Positions 27,212-41,761 of a stretch of 64,000 nucleotides of DNA are shown piece after piece; the first letter of the stretch is position 1, and each line of letters opens with the position of its first letter. A model generated the notes under the pieces. It ran no database searches and was not told where the DNA came from. It worked only from the letters and a program-made list of their open reading frames with translations. The translations under genes were made by a program, and so were the position numbers. The stretch is taken from NCBI GenBank assembly GCA_964016885.1, contig CAXHJY010000202.1, positions 38,047 to 102,046 of the forward strand, given 5' to 3'. Source of the stretch: Eledone cirrhosa (Eukaryota).

Positions 27212-29811
27212 CGCTATTATCGTGACAAAATGGCTGCCTCTATAATGTCATCTATTTGCCACATTGTATACGAAGTAAGAAGAATTCTATAAACGAACTG
27301 CCAATCAAATACAGAGATTATTCTGTGATTCAGTAATTGTACTGTAAGGCTTTACATCTCTTGGGGTTAAAAGTCCATATATGAATGGCAGCGGTTTACC
27401 AATAAAGTCCTTTATGATCGAACAATAGGAAAGTTTCCATAGAATGACTGATATAATAAAGGAATCACGGAAACAATATTTATTTTATGAATCGTCAGTC
27501 TTTTGATATATTTCAAATTCCCTCTTTGAGTAAATATAACAAAAACGAAAAACGAAAAGCTAAAGTTTTGACAACGTATTTCGTATAAAGTAACCGTATA
27601 TTATAGTTTTCTATTACATTGTAAGAATAAAACATGAGATTTTACAAGGAGTCAAAATCAGATTTCGAAATTATATTGAAATATCTGGAAAGATCGTTCC
27701 TGTTATATTGATATAACTAAAACAAAAATGTGAAATATCAAGAGAATTTATGTAGTTACTATTACCCTATTTTCATAATAACCTATGCATTATTTATATT
27801 ATACATATTTAAACTAAACCCCGTGCGTGAACTCCACACGCAAGGAAAGGTCATTGATATTGTTACAGAAAACTATGAGTATATGTAACCAATTATATAC
27901 AACTGATTATTATCCATTGTTAAAGGAAATCAATGAAAATCACTGATTGGCAGACAAAACAGAGCACTAATCTATATGTATTGTGGTATTGAATTATGTA
28001 ATTTTATGTTGCTCCTCTAACTCCTTTCGTAACTGTTTCGAATCTCCCCTTATTCTGACAATATCGAAAGGTTATTGCTATTCTGAAAGATCTAGCACAA
28101 CAACGTCACTACATTTCCTCTATTATTCTCTATTACCTCCACAATCTACACCCCTCTGTCCTGCAATAATCACATGATCCACGCCTTTCTCCGAAATACT
28201 GAAATGCTACACTATGCGGCCTTGCAGATGATCAATGCAAATTGACAATGGAAAGGCGCTCCCGCTCCAGTTAGAAGAGAACTATTGACCGTCAGGAGAA
28301 GCAGTGACCCCTCATTGTATTTAACAACCGAAACAAATATGAAGTACACCAAATCCAATGCTCCTAGAGGCGGCCGTGCCTCTTCTTATTTGCGAGTGTA
28401 AACTCGAACAGATTAGATTAGATTTATACATCCTCACTGTTTAAGTTCCTGCAAACAACAAAGTTTGTCGGTTATTCAAATCATTGATTCTTTATCTAAC
28501 CTTAATGAGAAATCAGACCTTGATTTTACTGTTCTTGTACATAGTTTTGGTGTTCTATAAATCATATGTAGCAGAATACCTTAAATGTTATAATCACCGT
28601 CCTAAAACATTATAAAATGTAACATCTTCAAATATCTACAAAACAAGAATAAACACAGGTGGGCGAACTAAATTCATAAATTTGGTTTGTGGTTGGAATC
28701 ATATTACGTTTTCAGTAATAGTTTTGTTGGAAAAGCAAACATTATCCCATCATCTTACCAAGAAATGAATTCCGTATTCATATCTAGTAAATTATTGATA
28801 TTTAATAATATTACGTATGTGTTCAATTGTACCATATATTAGATATACACTCTTCACAATTGAAATTCTGGTCTATTTTCGAAAACGTATCACCAGTGGG
28901 AAATGTTATCAGGTTTATAATTAACTTTTGAGTTGAATTTGTCATTAAAAGCACGTCGCGTGAAGTCGATATATAGATCTAGATGGGGAATTAAGTGTTG
29001 TACCTATCGCAGTATCGTGATATTAGACAATTCATGTCGTATTTTGATGTGACACTAGAAATGTTGAAATATAGCACGCTGTGGATGACAGGGTATGGAT
29101 ATTTGAGATTCCAGCACCGTGTCTAGTTTACTATCAACCTTTGTATTCGAGATATTATAGTTTATAATGCTCTTGCTCTATATAAAGTGATATGGCTTCC
29201 AGAAAGAATTGAAATCGTACAGCGGCTGTATGTAAAATTGCTGGAGGAGTTTCAATTATTGTACGGTGCTTAAAGGACAAAATAGATTATTTTGTGCAAA
29301 GGTGTGTATGAAAGATTATACTCTATTACTTTCTGTTCCACGTTAACGAAATAAATGAAGCGAGATAAAATCAATCGGAATTCCACACCTTGCAGTGTTG
29401 TTCATTTAAACAAGAGCTTAAATCTTGTCCACTGAAAATAGAAGCAACAAACAAACCAAACATCAAATGTTTATTAATCTTAAATGAATATTGAAATATA
29501 TTTCATATGAGATATGTTTAGATTTCATTTCCTTCAACTTTCACTGATGCCAAAGTGATATAATCTTCCCATTTGTAAAATAGTCCATTGGAATCACAAA
29601 TATCAGAAACGTATTTGCGATGGCAATAGTCTAATTAAAATGGGAGATGTTATTTAAATCAATTCTAGCTAAATTTCACGGACAAAGGATTTTTGTAATA
29701 AGGAAAATTATAGGTAATCAGTTTGAATTATTGGTAATTAAGAATTTATTTTACCGATTACATTCGTCATCTCATGGAAAATGAGTATTTCTTAGTGACA
29801 GACAGGACAAA

Positions 29812-29995
29812 TAATTGTTTCTACTTTTGGCACAAGGCCAGCAATTATCCTGGAGCATCACTGGTATTTTATTTCATAGACTCCGTAAGGATGAAAGGCA
29901 AAGTTAATCTCGGCGGGATTTGAACTGAAAACGTAAATAGCCGTAACTCTATGCTGCAAAGCATGGCATCCGACCCTCTACCGATACTGCAACTC
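29812..29995 (-). mobile_element. SINE copy, short-tail form
   Basis: Consensus match. Confidence 0.85.
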
Positions 29996-31151
29996 CAATA
30001 CTCTGGACAGAAAGACAAATAATGGCGAATGAAATTATATACTTGTATTTCTTGGCTACAGGTAGGATCAACTATGGCGTATAAAAATGGTCATTTCCTC
30101 GCTCATGGCTACACTAACACTGTTGTGTAAAAATGTGTATTTATTGGTTATCAAAAAGATTAATGCTGCTGCTTTTTTTTGATAGGATACAGTTTTAATG
30201 TAAGTGCTGGGATCCAAATACATGACTGAAGTAGTGAGGCATGCAGGGTGGGAGCTTAGGTCTAGGGTCAATGCAATCTATATCGCATCTTCGATAAAGA
30301 AAGGAATTTCTAGATTAATAGGATTACTCGACCGGAAATTAAAATATTGCTTAGCAAAACCCCAAATTAAACATTGAATAAAAACAACTTATTTTTTAAA
30401 GTAATCATTGTTTCTATAATTAAGACGAAACTATAAAAATGACTAATAGTTCAGTTTGAATGGAATATTTAAAAGACTTCACATGACCAAACACTAGAAA
30501 AGGCCAATCAATAAATTTGAAATTCCATTTCCGCAATGAATGCAAAGGTTTCTTAAGGTAATATTAACGAGATTTTTAACTCTTAATAATATTGTGGTTT
30601 TACATGAACAGGACTGTAATTAATAACATAGTTGTATTACACAGAGACGATTGTAATTTATAATAATATTGACATGTTTCTAATGCACATGCAAATTAGC
30701 TATGGACGAATTGGAATTGAAATTCTTACTTAAAACATTCGATTATAGAAACCTAACATAGCTTGGAAATCAATCAATGGCTGGATACAAATGTGTATAA
30801 TTTATATTAGTAACCAGACATAAAGTTGGAGTATTCAAAGTAGCAATAGTTCATTGATTTTTACTTTCATTGATTTCTATCGATTTTGACCATTAGCAAA
30901 AGACCACACGTATATGTAGAAAAGGTATAGATGAAATAATATACATTCTATGGCATAGCATGGATGGCTGAACAGTTGATTTGACCTCTGAATTATTGGA
31001 ATTCATAGTGTATAGGGAGGAGAGTAAATATTATTAGGCCTCTACATGGATTCTGACTTACATTTATATATTTGGAAAGTAATAGTATAAATTACATTAT
31101 GTAATATTATTAAAGACGTTTGAGATATTTCTACTATTTTATATATATATA

Positions 31152-31505
31152 TCTTCTTCGTCTTCGCCCACTTCTTACTAAGAGCGTCGTGGAGGAAGAG
31201 TCGTCAAACACTCCTTTCACCAGGTACCGTGAGACGCAACTGACTCCAACAGATCCAGCTGGATCCCTAAGCGAAACCCGCCAAGTTTACCGGCTGGTTT
31301 TACTCGTACAATCTGTCCAGCGATTCTTTCCTGGGACATTGTAACTTCATACCCGTATTATCTAAGCTGTGATCTCTCAATTCGTAGAGGTAGCGTGTCT
31401 ACCTGGACTGACTCTGATCTCCGAGCTACGCAATCTATCAAGAAATGTTACACCAAGGACCCTTCAGATGAACCGCATTTCTGCCGCTTATATTCGCGCG
31501 ATCGT
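31152..31505 (-). mobile_element. RTE-type LINE 3' end, decayed
   Basis: Minus strand translates AAEMRFI*RVLGVTFLDRLRSSEIR and ends in GAAGA repeats next to (TA)n. Confidence 0.65.
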
Positions 31506-32635
31506 GTGTGTGTGTCTGAACCACTTCGTATATTAAGAGACATGGATGAATATTTTATCTAATGTGTGGTTCGCTTTTTTTCTGATATTAATGTGTATTT
31601 TGTGGAATATTTTGCTACTATCTCTGGCAGATTGTACATCTAGATTGTACATCTAGATGATAGGTCTATAGAATAGCTTGTACCCTATGTGCCCGGCTAC
31701 GCCGTCTTATATAGTTGACCATAGATATGGTCATGTCAGGTTTCGTGTGTAACCCCGTACAACCTACTACATGAATGGAGGGTTGATTCATTTATTTACT
31801 TCGATTCTCCCTCAGACAACCGCAGTGTCTGAACAATATACGGATGAGTTAACGGAAGGACTGTTTGATCTCATGACCCACTAGGGATAAAAAGGCGAAT
31901 CACTATCCACCACTCTCTTAAAGATGAATATCTTGATAATGTAGTTCTCAACTCCCTTCACATGAGTAAACTACGGGATAATCACAGGTGGAAGGCATTT
32001 GAACACAGGTTTGATCGATGGGGGATATGATTGAGATAAACAACAAAAACAATAACAACAAAACAGATATTGAAACTAGTGCGTGTGATTGATTTCATAG
32101 AAATAGAACATATTATGCCAGTGAACATCCAGATACAAAAAGAATGGGATGGTCATGCCTGGAAAACATTTAATCATAAGTCAAGTTTATCAGAACTGAC
32201 CTCTGTCGAAATCGAAACAACTAGAATACACTATATAGATACAGATTTGCTTTAGGAGCGTTGACGTCTTAATATCATATATAACAATCTCATCTCATTT
32301 GATTTGTCTCTTTCTCACTTCTATCATGCTTACAATGATATGATTTTCTTTGTGCTTGTAGACTTTCACATACAATCATAGATACATATAGTAATTGATG
32401 TATTGATATAGTCTATGAACACTTAAGAAAATATTTAAAGTTTACAAATATTGCAACAAATTCTATGATATAACAATTGTTTTTATTCCACCTTTCATGA
32501 AAATATTTTATCTGAAATACATTTCATCAAACATGTAATGTAATATTAAATGTAATATTGTATGCACACACATATATATATGTACGTATAAATATATATG
32601 TACGTATAAATATATATATATATATATATATATAC

Positions 32636-32684
<49 letters not shown>

Positions 32685-32694
32685 GATATATATG

Positions 32695-32736
<42 letters not shown>

Positions 32737-32776
32737 TATATGTATAAGTATATATATACATACATACATATGTATA

Positions 32777-32834
<58 letters not shown>

Positions 32835-32842
32835 TATATATA

Positions 32843-32924
<82 letters not shown>

Positions 32925-33619
32925 TGTAGCTAAGTGCTGCTTGAGTAATTAAATAGATTGTTTTCAAGAAGACATCTATAATAATAATAATAATCCATAT
33001 TCTTCCCACTTTCGCAATATAATGCTATAAATGTATGGTATCTCTTAGAAATGTTATGAAAGGGCTACGGAATTGTAAAAACAAACACCAAATAACAACA
33101 TTCATTTCATTTTATTATTCAGTACAGCAATTAATTAAACAAACATCTATTCTTCGGACTGTCACCGTGAAGATGGAAATGAAATTTAGCAGAGAATTTC
33201 TAGAAATGCAGTTAATCAAATCAATGGGATATTAATGAAATATTACAAAAAATATAGTTACATTTCTGCATTATAGAGATAAACAATATAGAGGAATATG
33301 AAAGCGAATTATTTAAGTAATACACAGTTATTTTCTTAATAATGATGGTCGAGAAACTTCTATGACAGCTCGACATATAACAATTGATAAGCTGTATTCT
33401 TATAAACAAAATTGACGTTGATAGCACTATTACTATCGCAAAAAATAACTAATATTGTGTGAAAAGGCAAAACTTTCATGAAGATATTTATTTACTCATC
33501 ACCAGACAATATATCAGCAGAAAATACAGACATAATAAAGAAAATAATTAACATTAATTTTCCATTACCTTATTTTTATTTGGAATTTATTAAGAGGTAT
33601 TGCAATGATTTCAAAATAG

Positions 33620-33703
<84 letters not shown>

Positions 33704-33721
33704 GCGCAGACACACATACAC

Positions 33722-33752
<31 letters not shown>

Positions 33753-33764
33753 ATATATATATAC

Positions 33765-34365
33765 TATAAATTATGTCCTTAGAATTATTTGACAAGATAT
33801 ATACTCAATTTCCTCTCCCAATTAGCATAATCAACCACACACAAAACCAATTCAACCAGGCTATAGAATTAAAAGGCACCTGTAAAGAAATAATAGATAA
33901 ATAAACGATAGCCATTTTTTCGCGATCAACAGCCATAGAATATTTACCCATCATTTCAATAGCACATGGAAATCGATTAAATATATCGTCAACCATACAC
34001 AATTAGGTATAAAATTAAAGTTAGAAGAAAAAATGCATATACACATACCGGGATTACGTTTCTACCCTTAGGGTTTCGTTCGCTTTCGGAAATATCCTAT
34101 CAAGGATAAATTCTCGAGCTTTGAACTCATCAGGAAACAAACTCACTCGGACAAAGATTTTTCTTAAATGATCCCCACCAGAAACGAATTCAAAATGGCC
34201 AAGAACTGTGACGTGGCAGTGGTCAAGTCAGAAAGAATGTGATTGGTGCCTTACGGCCAATAGGCTGGTTGCTAGAAAGCGCAGCCTAATATTGCCCAAA
34301 TTGCATCTCAACCTTATGGGAGATTATCAAATATAAAGATTTACATATACACAAACTAGATAAAG
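33765..34365 (-). mobile_element. PLE-type terminal repeat with an intact HHR; a second partial copy at 34440-34895 is interrupted by a SINE
   Basis: Reverse complement of 53245-53790, flanked by (TA)n. Confidence 0.8.
34058..34138 (-). ncRNA. Type I hammerhead ribozyme, canonical core, extended stem II
   Basis: Minus strand: GTTTC-CTGATGA-[GTTC...TATCCT TGAT AGGATA...GAAC]-GAAA-CCC[TAA]GGG-TA|GAAAC. Confidence 0.88.
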
Positions 34366-34566
34366 TTATAGATATGTTTTTGGCAACCATTCAAGATGTG
34401 GCTCAATGATGAATTAATAAATTATATAATCACAGCAATATACTATATGTCCTTAGAATCATTTGATAAGATATATACTCAATTTCCTCTCCAAATTAGC
34501 ATAATCAACCACACAAAAAAACAATTAAACCAGGCTATAAGATTAAAAGGCACCTGTAAAGAAATA

Positions 34567-34740
34567 ATTGTTTCTACATTTGGCACAAGGCCAGCAATTA
34601 CCCAGTACATGACTGGTACTTTATTTTATCGACCCCGTAAGGATGAAAGGCAAAGTTAACCTCGGTGGTGAACTCAGAATGGAAAGGGCCGTAACTCATT
34701 GCGTCAAAGCATGGCGTCCGACCCTCTACCGATACTGCCA
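34567..34740 (-). mobile_element. SINE copy nested in a PLE terminal repeat
   Basis: Consensus match. The host sequence GAAATAAT...ATAAATAAACGATAG resumes after it. Confidence 0.85.
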
Positions 34741-34900
34741 ATAATATATAAATAAACGATAGCCATTTATTCGCGATCAACAGCCATAGAATCTTTACCC
34801 ATCATTTCAATAGCACGTGGAAATCGATTAAATATATCGTCAACCATACACAATTAGGTATAAAATTAAAGTTAGAAGAAAAAAAATGCATATACATATA

Positions 34901-34984
<84 letters not shown>

Positions 34985-35208
34985 TTCAGAGAATACCAAT
35001 AGAAGTGTTACAAGAGCACCATTTTGCTTTGCTGGTTACAATCTAGCAATTGTGAGTCTGATGTAGATTTAAATCGAGGTTTCGCTTCACTTCACTTGAT
35101 TTCAATCCAGCTCACGTAACATTCGTGTCATTGACTGTTAAACACACACACGACGATTTAGCCACTACATGAATGTTGAATACGTTAGAAATAGCAGCTA
35201 ATTTTACA

Positions 35209-35388
35209 AGTTTCTACTTTAGGCTCAAGCCCAGCAATTATCCAGTGCATTACTGGTACTTTATTTTATCGACCCCGTAAGGATCAAAGGCAAAGTCAAC
35301 CTCGGCGGCATTTGAACTCAGATCGTAAAGGGACGTAACTATGTTGGAAAGCATGGCGTCCGACCCTCTACCGATACTGCCAATCCAC
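35209..35388 (-). mobile_element. SINE copy, short-tail form
   Basis: Consensus match. Confidence 0.85.
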
Positions 35389-36397
35389 ATTTAAAAAAAA
35401 ATAATGACACTTTATATATTGTAGTTCTAGCTTCACCATGTCTGAAAATATCCTCAGAATATCTCTGATCATATTTCTGCTTAATCATGATTCTACTGGG
35501 TCAAACTCAGAAACAATAATAACAAAAGCATCACAAATGAAACAACAGCAACACGAACAACACATAGGTACAATAGCATGACGAAATATATCTGTTCCAA
35601 TAAATACAGAATAATGTTAACTATGAATTGAAATGTTAACCTCTACGTTTAGTGCTATTGAAGGCTTTTCTGTCAATATTTAATCATATTTTGAGGAGAC
35701 TGTAAATCGATTTCTTTTCACTGAACCCAATAAAGAATCTAGGGGAAAATTCATAGTTGTTGGAATTAGGTTCAAATCCAAATCTATTGAATAAATATAA
35801 TATTGGCTATAGATCTACGTATGGGTATTGTCAATGTCGAGGAATGTTTTCATCGCTTCATTTGTATTTGGTATTGGTTTGTTGTGACACGATAGAAATA
35901 TGTGTATGGAAAGACAAACTATCGATTGATAATAAATCCAGCATACTATGCTGCGCTTCTGAGTATGTGTGTGTTTTTGTGTATGTGTGTGTATGGGTGT
36001 GCGTGTGTGTGTAGGTGTATGTGTGTGTAAATGTGTGTGTGGGTGTAAGTGCGTGTGTATGTGTGTGTTTGTGTGTGCGTGTATGTAAGTGTGTGTGTGT
36101 GTGTGTCCGTATATGTGTATGTGCGCTTTTGCGTGTTTGTGTGTGTGTGATGATAGCTAAACAAGCCAATGGACTAAGCAGTGTGTAATGATGACTAAAT
36201 CAATAAAATGCCTGACAAACATTCGACATCTCAGCTGATCCTCAACTCGCAATGAATCTGACATTGAATCGTAACCAAAACATCGACAAACAGCGTAGTC
36301 CATCTAGCTATATGTAATCACATTGGGTTGTATAGTTCAGTATTTCAAGTAATGTTTCCATAGTAGCCATGACACGTTGCCTGGTTTTATGGCTTAA

Positions 36398-36614
36398 CCC
36401 TTTAGCATTTAAACCAGCCGTATTCGGATAGAATTCTCTCACCTTTCTCTGTGCACACCGGCTGCAAATGGCCGCTCATGCTGATGTTAATGTATTGTTC
36501 TCAAAATAAATAATATCAAAATCTCGTAGATTCGATATTACGTGAAATAATTGTGTGAGGTAATGCCTTTACACACAAAAATATACTAGTATATATAATG
36601 TAAATCCTAAAGGG
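36398..36614. mobile_element. piggyBac-like MITE
   Basis: TTAA|CCCTTTAGCATTTA ... TAAATCCTAAAGGG|TTAA (13/14-bp terminal inverted repeat, TTAA TSD). Confidence 0.75.
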
Positions 36615-36820
36615 TTAATGTTATTTCCATGCTCTTGCCTGCCTTTAGATGACTATATTAAGTTATACACATTTGGGGAGATGTCCTATCAAAGAAAAGT
36701 CCTTGTTTTATGCCCCGAATTGAAAAGTGTGTTGCTCCTTCCTCACCAGCATAACATCTTGCAAAGTAGCATTAATGGTAGTTTTTATTGCAACGCTGCA
36801 TACCTTTTTATGTGTATAAT

Positions 36821-37006
36821 TGTTTCTACTTTTGTCACAGGGCCAACAAGTATCCCAGTGTATTACTGGTACTTTATTTTATCGACCCCGTAAGGATGAA
36901 AGGCAAAGTTAACCTCGGCGGGATTTGAACTCAGACCATATAGGGCCGTAACTCTTTGCTGCAAAGCATGGCGCCCGACCCTCTACAGATACTGCCAACC
37001 CACCGC
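36821..37006 (-). mobile_element. SINE copy, short-tail form
   Basis: 18-bp TSD CCTTTTTATGTGTATAAT at 36803-36820 and 37007-37024. Confidence 0.9.
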
Positions 37007-38208
37007 CCTTTTTATGTGTATAATAATGTATTAATACATTTAAGCTTTATTGACAATTGTATAAATAATATTACGAATGGTGAAGGAGTAAAGAAGGGCA
37101 GATCGGGCTGTGTAGGAAGTAGAGTTAAGGAATATAAAAGCCATAAATGGAGGGGAAAAGCAAGGACAATAGGGCCACAGAGAAAAGTAGGGGGAACGGG
37201 AGAGATTGACAGGCTAAATGCCCAGGACGCGACGGGGTTGTGGCTGTGCCCCACGGACAAAACTACAAAAGCACTTCCGCCGACAATGGCCAGCGACACC
37301 CGTTACAACAGCCACCCCACCTCTCGAGGCTCCTTCCTCAAACTATAATACATAACTCTATCTAGAAATAGAATTAGTAATTCTGTAAGCCCACAAAACC
37401 ATTTTTTTTTTATTCGGGAGCTATCAAGACAATAGATTCTGCTTTATTTATGGGTGGCTTCTGAAAAGAAAGCAGGATTTATTTTTCTATCTTGCCTTGA
37501 AATAAAGAATGTTTTCATACGAAAACAAAAGTAATCTGTAAAATAATTTCCTAAATGCCAATAATACTAACTGATTACGAGCAACCTTCCTTATTATAAA
37601 ACCCCGTGATCCGTGAAATTAAGCTAAAATTGACTTCAGCAATAGTTGGCATCTTAATTAGAATTGTGCCATAGCAAATCATTTCCTATATTAGTTTTTG
37701 GTCTCTAATGGGATCATTATGTCACTTTGGTATCACTGGTAAGTTGGAAATATCATATCTAACTATACCTGATATAAACTATATTTCAACATTCAATAAA
37801 AAAAAAACCGTAAAACTGTTAATATTTATTTGTTTATTTATATATTAGATGGATAAGAGTTTAAGTTCCTATCTTAGTGAATAAAACAACAGGATTTAGG
37901 ATCGTGATTGATTCTTTTTACACATTCTTTATTTTTGGTAATAATGGAGGAGAGAACAATATAGCATCATGTCATTTTCCTTATACACACACACATATAC
38001 GCACACCAACACACACACGTGTACGCACATAAACACACACACAAGAGCATATGCACATTTAAACAAAAGAATTCTTCAGTTTCTAGATAATACAAATTCT
38101 GCAAAAAAATTAGTGTAACCCCTTCCAGTTTTACCCACAATTGCGGCACGATTTCAATTCCTTTCGAGATCAATATGATGAATGACACTGAATTATATAT
38201 ATATATAA

Positions 38209-38331
<123 letters not shown>

Positions 38332-38499
38332 CTATAATCAAATTCACAGTGCAGATCGTTCAATGGAAGGACAAAGGTAAATCCTGTGGCGATGAAGTGA
38401 TGGAAATAAGGGGAGAGGTGAAGGAAGCCACTAGAAATATCTAACCTGAGCTTTGACCTAAGAATTAGATGGCCATTCTGTGAAACGTCCGTGAGCAAT

Positions 38500-39745
38500 T
38501 TTACAGTCTGTGTCCTATTTTTAACTACAAAGCAGTCCTATCTAGAATAGCACTGCTTTCCCGGAAATCGGAATCGGCTAGAAAAGATGACCTACATATT
38601 GTTTACGCAATCCTGTCACCAGTTCCACGAAAATGAAGCTAAAACCAGTAGTTAAACATAACGGGAAACAACTCCCAAATACATAGAATATCGCCAAGCT
38701 CAAAACTGATATGACAAGAAGCCTTTTGGTTAATATTGTAGACAATATTTGGTGAATACTGCAGGCAAAATTCAGCAGAACATAATTGTTTCTACTTTTG
38801 GCACAAGGCCAGCAATTATCCAGTGCATTACTGGTACTTTATTTTATCGACCCCGTAAGGATGAAAGGCAAAGTCAACCTCGGCGGGATTTGAACTCAGA
38901 TCGTAAAGGGACGTAACTATGCTGGAAAACATGGCGTCCGACCCTCTACCGATACTGCCAATCCACAGCAGAACATAATATTGAGGAATTATAGACCCAA
39001 TTGAGAGATAAAATATTTTAGTCTTCGAAGGAGGTTCTTGGCTTTTCTAAAAGGAAGAGCCAAGACTGATTTGAAGAAAATGATGGAATCATAAATAGGG
39101 AAGTTCAAGAAATGTACAGGCAACAGAAGAAATGAATACCGGACAAAAGTAATTCTCAACAGAAAGAAAAGAACATTACAAAGCGGCAAATAAAAAACAC
39201 AATTCAAGCAAAGCTACGCAAAATGGAGCAACAATGGTAGGATGAAAAAGCTAAAGCTCTTCAGGAATCATTTGATAGGCATGACATGAAGTCTTTTTAT
39301 CGAAATTTGAAGGAAGTGTTTCGACCAATCACATCCTGATAACGATCTCTTGAGAGATCGACAGGACATAATAAATCGTTGGGTGGAGCACTTTAACGAA
39401 ATACTCAACAGGGAATCAAATACCGATACAAATGTGATGGCAAACCTTCCTCAGAGACCAATTATGGATTCTCTTTTAAATAGGCCATCTACAGCAGAGG
39501 GGGAGGCAGCTATTAAACATCTGACAAATGGGAAAGCTCCTGGTTGGGATACAGAACGTCACTCAATTTCCTATGTAGATCTGGAACTCTGGATCCATCC
39601 CCCAACAATTTAAAGATTCCACAATTATTCATATGTACAAACACAAAGGCAATAAGTGAGAATGTGACAACCACCAAGGCATATTACTTTACATTGCAGG
39701 AAATATCCTTGGGCGAGTCATGCTGAATAGGCTCAATGAATAGTC
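38500..39745 (+). mobile_element. Decayed RTE-type LINE internal fragment, split by a SINE; left boundary approximate
   Basis: QD*FEEND, then RDRQDIINRWVEHFNEILNRES..LPQRP..AIKHLTNGKAPG, which is the EN-RT linker and start of RT. Confidence 0.75.
38787..38965 (-). mobile_element. SINE copy, short-tail form
   Basis: 14-bp TSD CAGCAGAACATAAT at 38773-38786 and 38966-38979. Confidence 0.9.
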
Positions 39746-40822
39746 TTAATGGCCAACCTTCTTAATATTGATCACGTCCCATTAATACTAGAAAGTAAAC
39801 AATCCTGAGAAGGTCCAGGAGGCGGTGGGGCTAAGGAGGTGTCGGGGTAGAGATGATATAATAGTATATTTAAAATCAAATGATACATACTACATATAAA
39901 TATAATAAAATAAAAAATATATAATATTTATTTATACATAGTATATATTATATTATTTATTACATAAAAATTAACGTTTTATTTATTATATATTATTTAC
40001 AACTTACGTGTAGGTAGATCTCTCTGGAAATAGGGTTGGGACGCTGAGGATATTACGTGACCATGAGGGGAGGCGGTGGCCTTAAAAGTTTGAGAACCTC
40101 TGCTCTAACATCTCAACAAATACGTCACTTTGGACGCCATTAGCAACTTAAAATATGTCTGATTAATCTTTCTTATGATTAGCTGAAAATCAGTTATGAG
40201 TGGGAACGTTAAAATATTCTGATGGGTTAGCGTAAAACATTAATAATTGGGAAACACTTAAATTTATACTTTATAAACCAGACAATACATAATTACAGAT
40301 TTTATTTTACTGGTAATGACGTCTCTTTTGTTTCCACCGTAACAAAAAGCGATATTTTTTGGCACTAAATTAGGAATTATCAAATATAAATTATTAAATA
40401 TAATACGTTAATGTATTTCGTAAAATAAAGTAGACGCAGTCTGGTAAATTTTCCTGGCAGTTAATTATGTTATTAGAATATGTATGCTACAGGTGAGATA
40501 ATTGCGAATCATTAATAACAGTATGGTATGATGATAAACAACGAAAATCATTAGTTTTCAAATATTTATTCGAACTTTAAAATATTTTTGTTTTTATGTC
40601 AGATGAGAGCAATGTTAAACAGCGTAATCCTGAGATACCTCTAGTTGAGTATGTGACTTTAGACGATAATGTATATGTAGGGCAACTTCTTTATAACTAC
40701 AACCGACTTAGATAAGTTGGGGCTAACTTAGCTGGATAAGGGGTAGATTCTACAGGAAACAGATCATCACAGCAAACTGAGTTCTTAAGGTGTTAGAATA
40801 AGTTTCAATATTTAGAATATAA

Positions 40823-41068
40823 GTAAAAAGGGCGGTGGATTGGCAGTGTCGGTATTTCGGTGGATTGGCAATATCGGTATGGCACCGGAAAACATGCTGA
40901 GTAGAATAGAGTTACGGCCCTATACATTATGAGTTCAAATCCCACCGAGGTTAGCTTTGTCTTTCATCCTTACAGAGTCGATAAAATAAAGCACCAGTAA
41001 TGCAGTAGGGTCGATTTAATCGACTTTCCTCTCCCCTAAAATTGTTGGCCTTGTGCCTAAATCAGAAA
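40823..41068 (+). mobile_element. SINE copy, long-tail form, with a duplicated A-box region
   Basis: 18-bp TSD TCAATATTTAGAATATAA at 40805-40822 and 41069-41086. CGGTGGATTGGCA..TCGGTAT occurs twice. Confidence 0.9.
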
Positions 41069-41314
41069 TCAATATTTAGAATATAAATCTTGTGATTGGT
41101 GTTGTAGTAAAATGATTGATTTCTATATAATAAAGCTATGGAACTCTTTAGTTAGCCAGTATGTATTTGACCCTATCGGTTCCAATCCTGCACCAAACAG
41201 TGTGAGCTCTTTTGGAAATGACACACAGTGGTATCGAACATGTACACTTCTGATTGCATCACGAATTACTTACCCACTCTGGCATCCATAATTCAAGAGC
41301 GATGATGATAATAA

Positions 41315-41500
41315 TTATTTTCACTTTAGGCACAATACCAACAATTTTGGGGAGAGGAAAGTAGAGTAAATCGGCCCCAGTGCGTACTAGGATGAAAGGC
41401 AAAGCTAACCTGCGTGAAAATTGACCTTAGAGCGTAAAGAAACGTAACTACATGCTGCAAAGCATATTGTCCGACGCTCTGCCGATACTGCCAATCCATC
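41315..41500 (-). mobile_element. Degenerate SINE copy with an internal deletion
   Basis: Tail, GGATGAAAGGCAAAG and CCGATACTGCCAATCCA are recognisable. Confidence 0.7.
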
Positions 41501-41638
41501 GTTGGTGATACTAATAAACAGTATCCTTCTATTCAATACTCTTTGCTACATCCAAGATATAATATTCATCTCAACTTTAAGAGGTATGAACAGACGGCCT
41601 TTGTTTTAAGATTCTGGGGATAGAGGGATATATATCTA

Positions 41639-41761
<123 letters not shown>

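Noticed and set aside
28990-29280. Faint CR1-like LINE remnant (LEIVQR-like words)
   Set aside because: Too degenerate to support by eye
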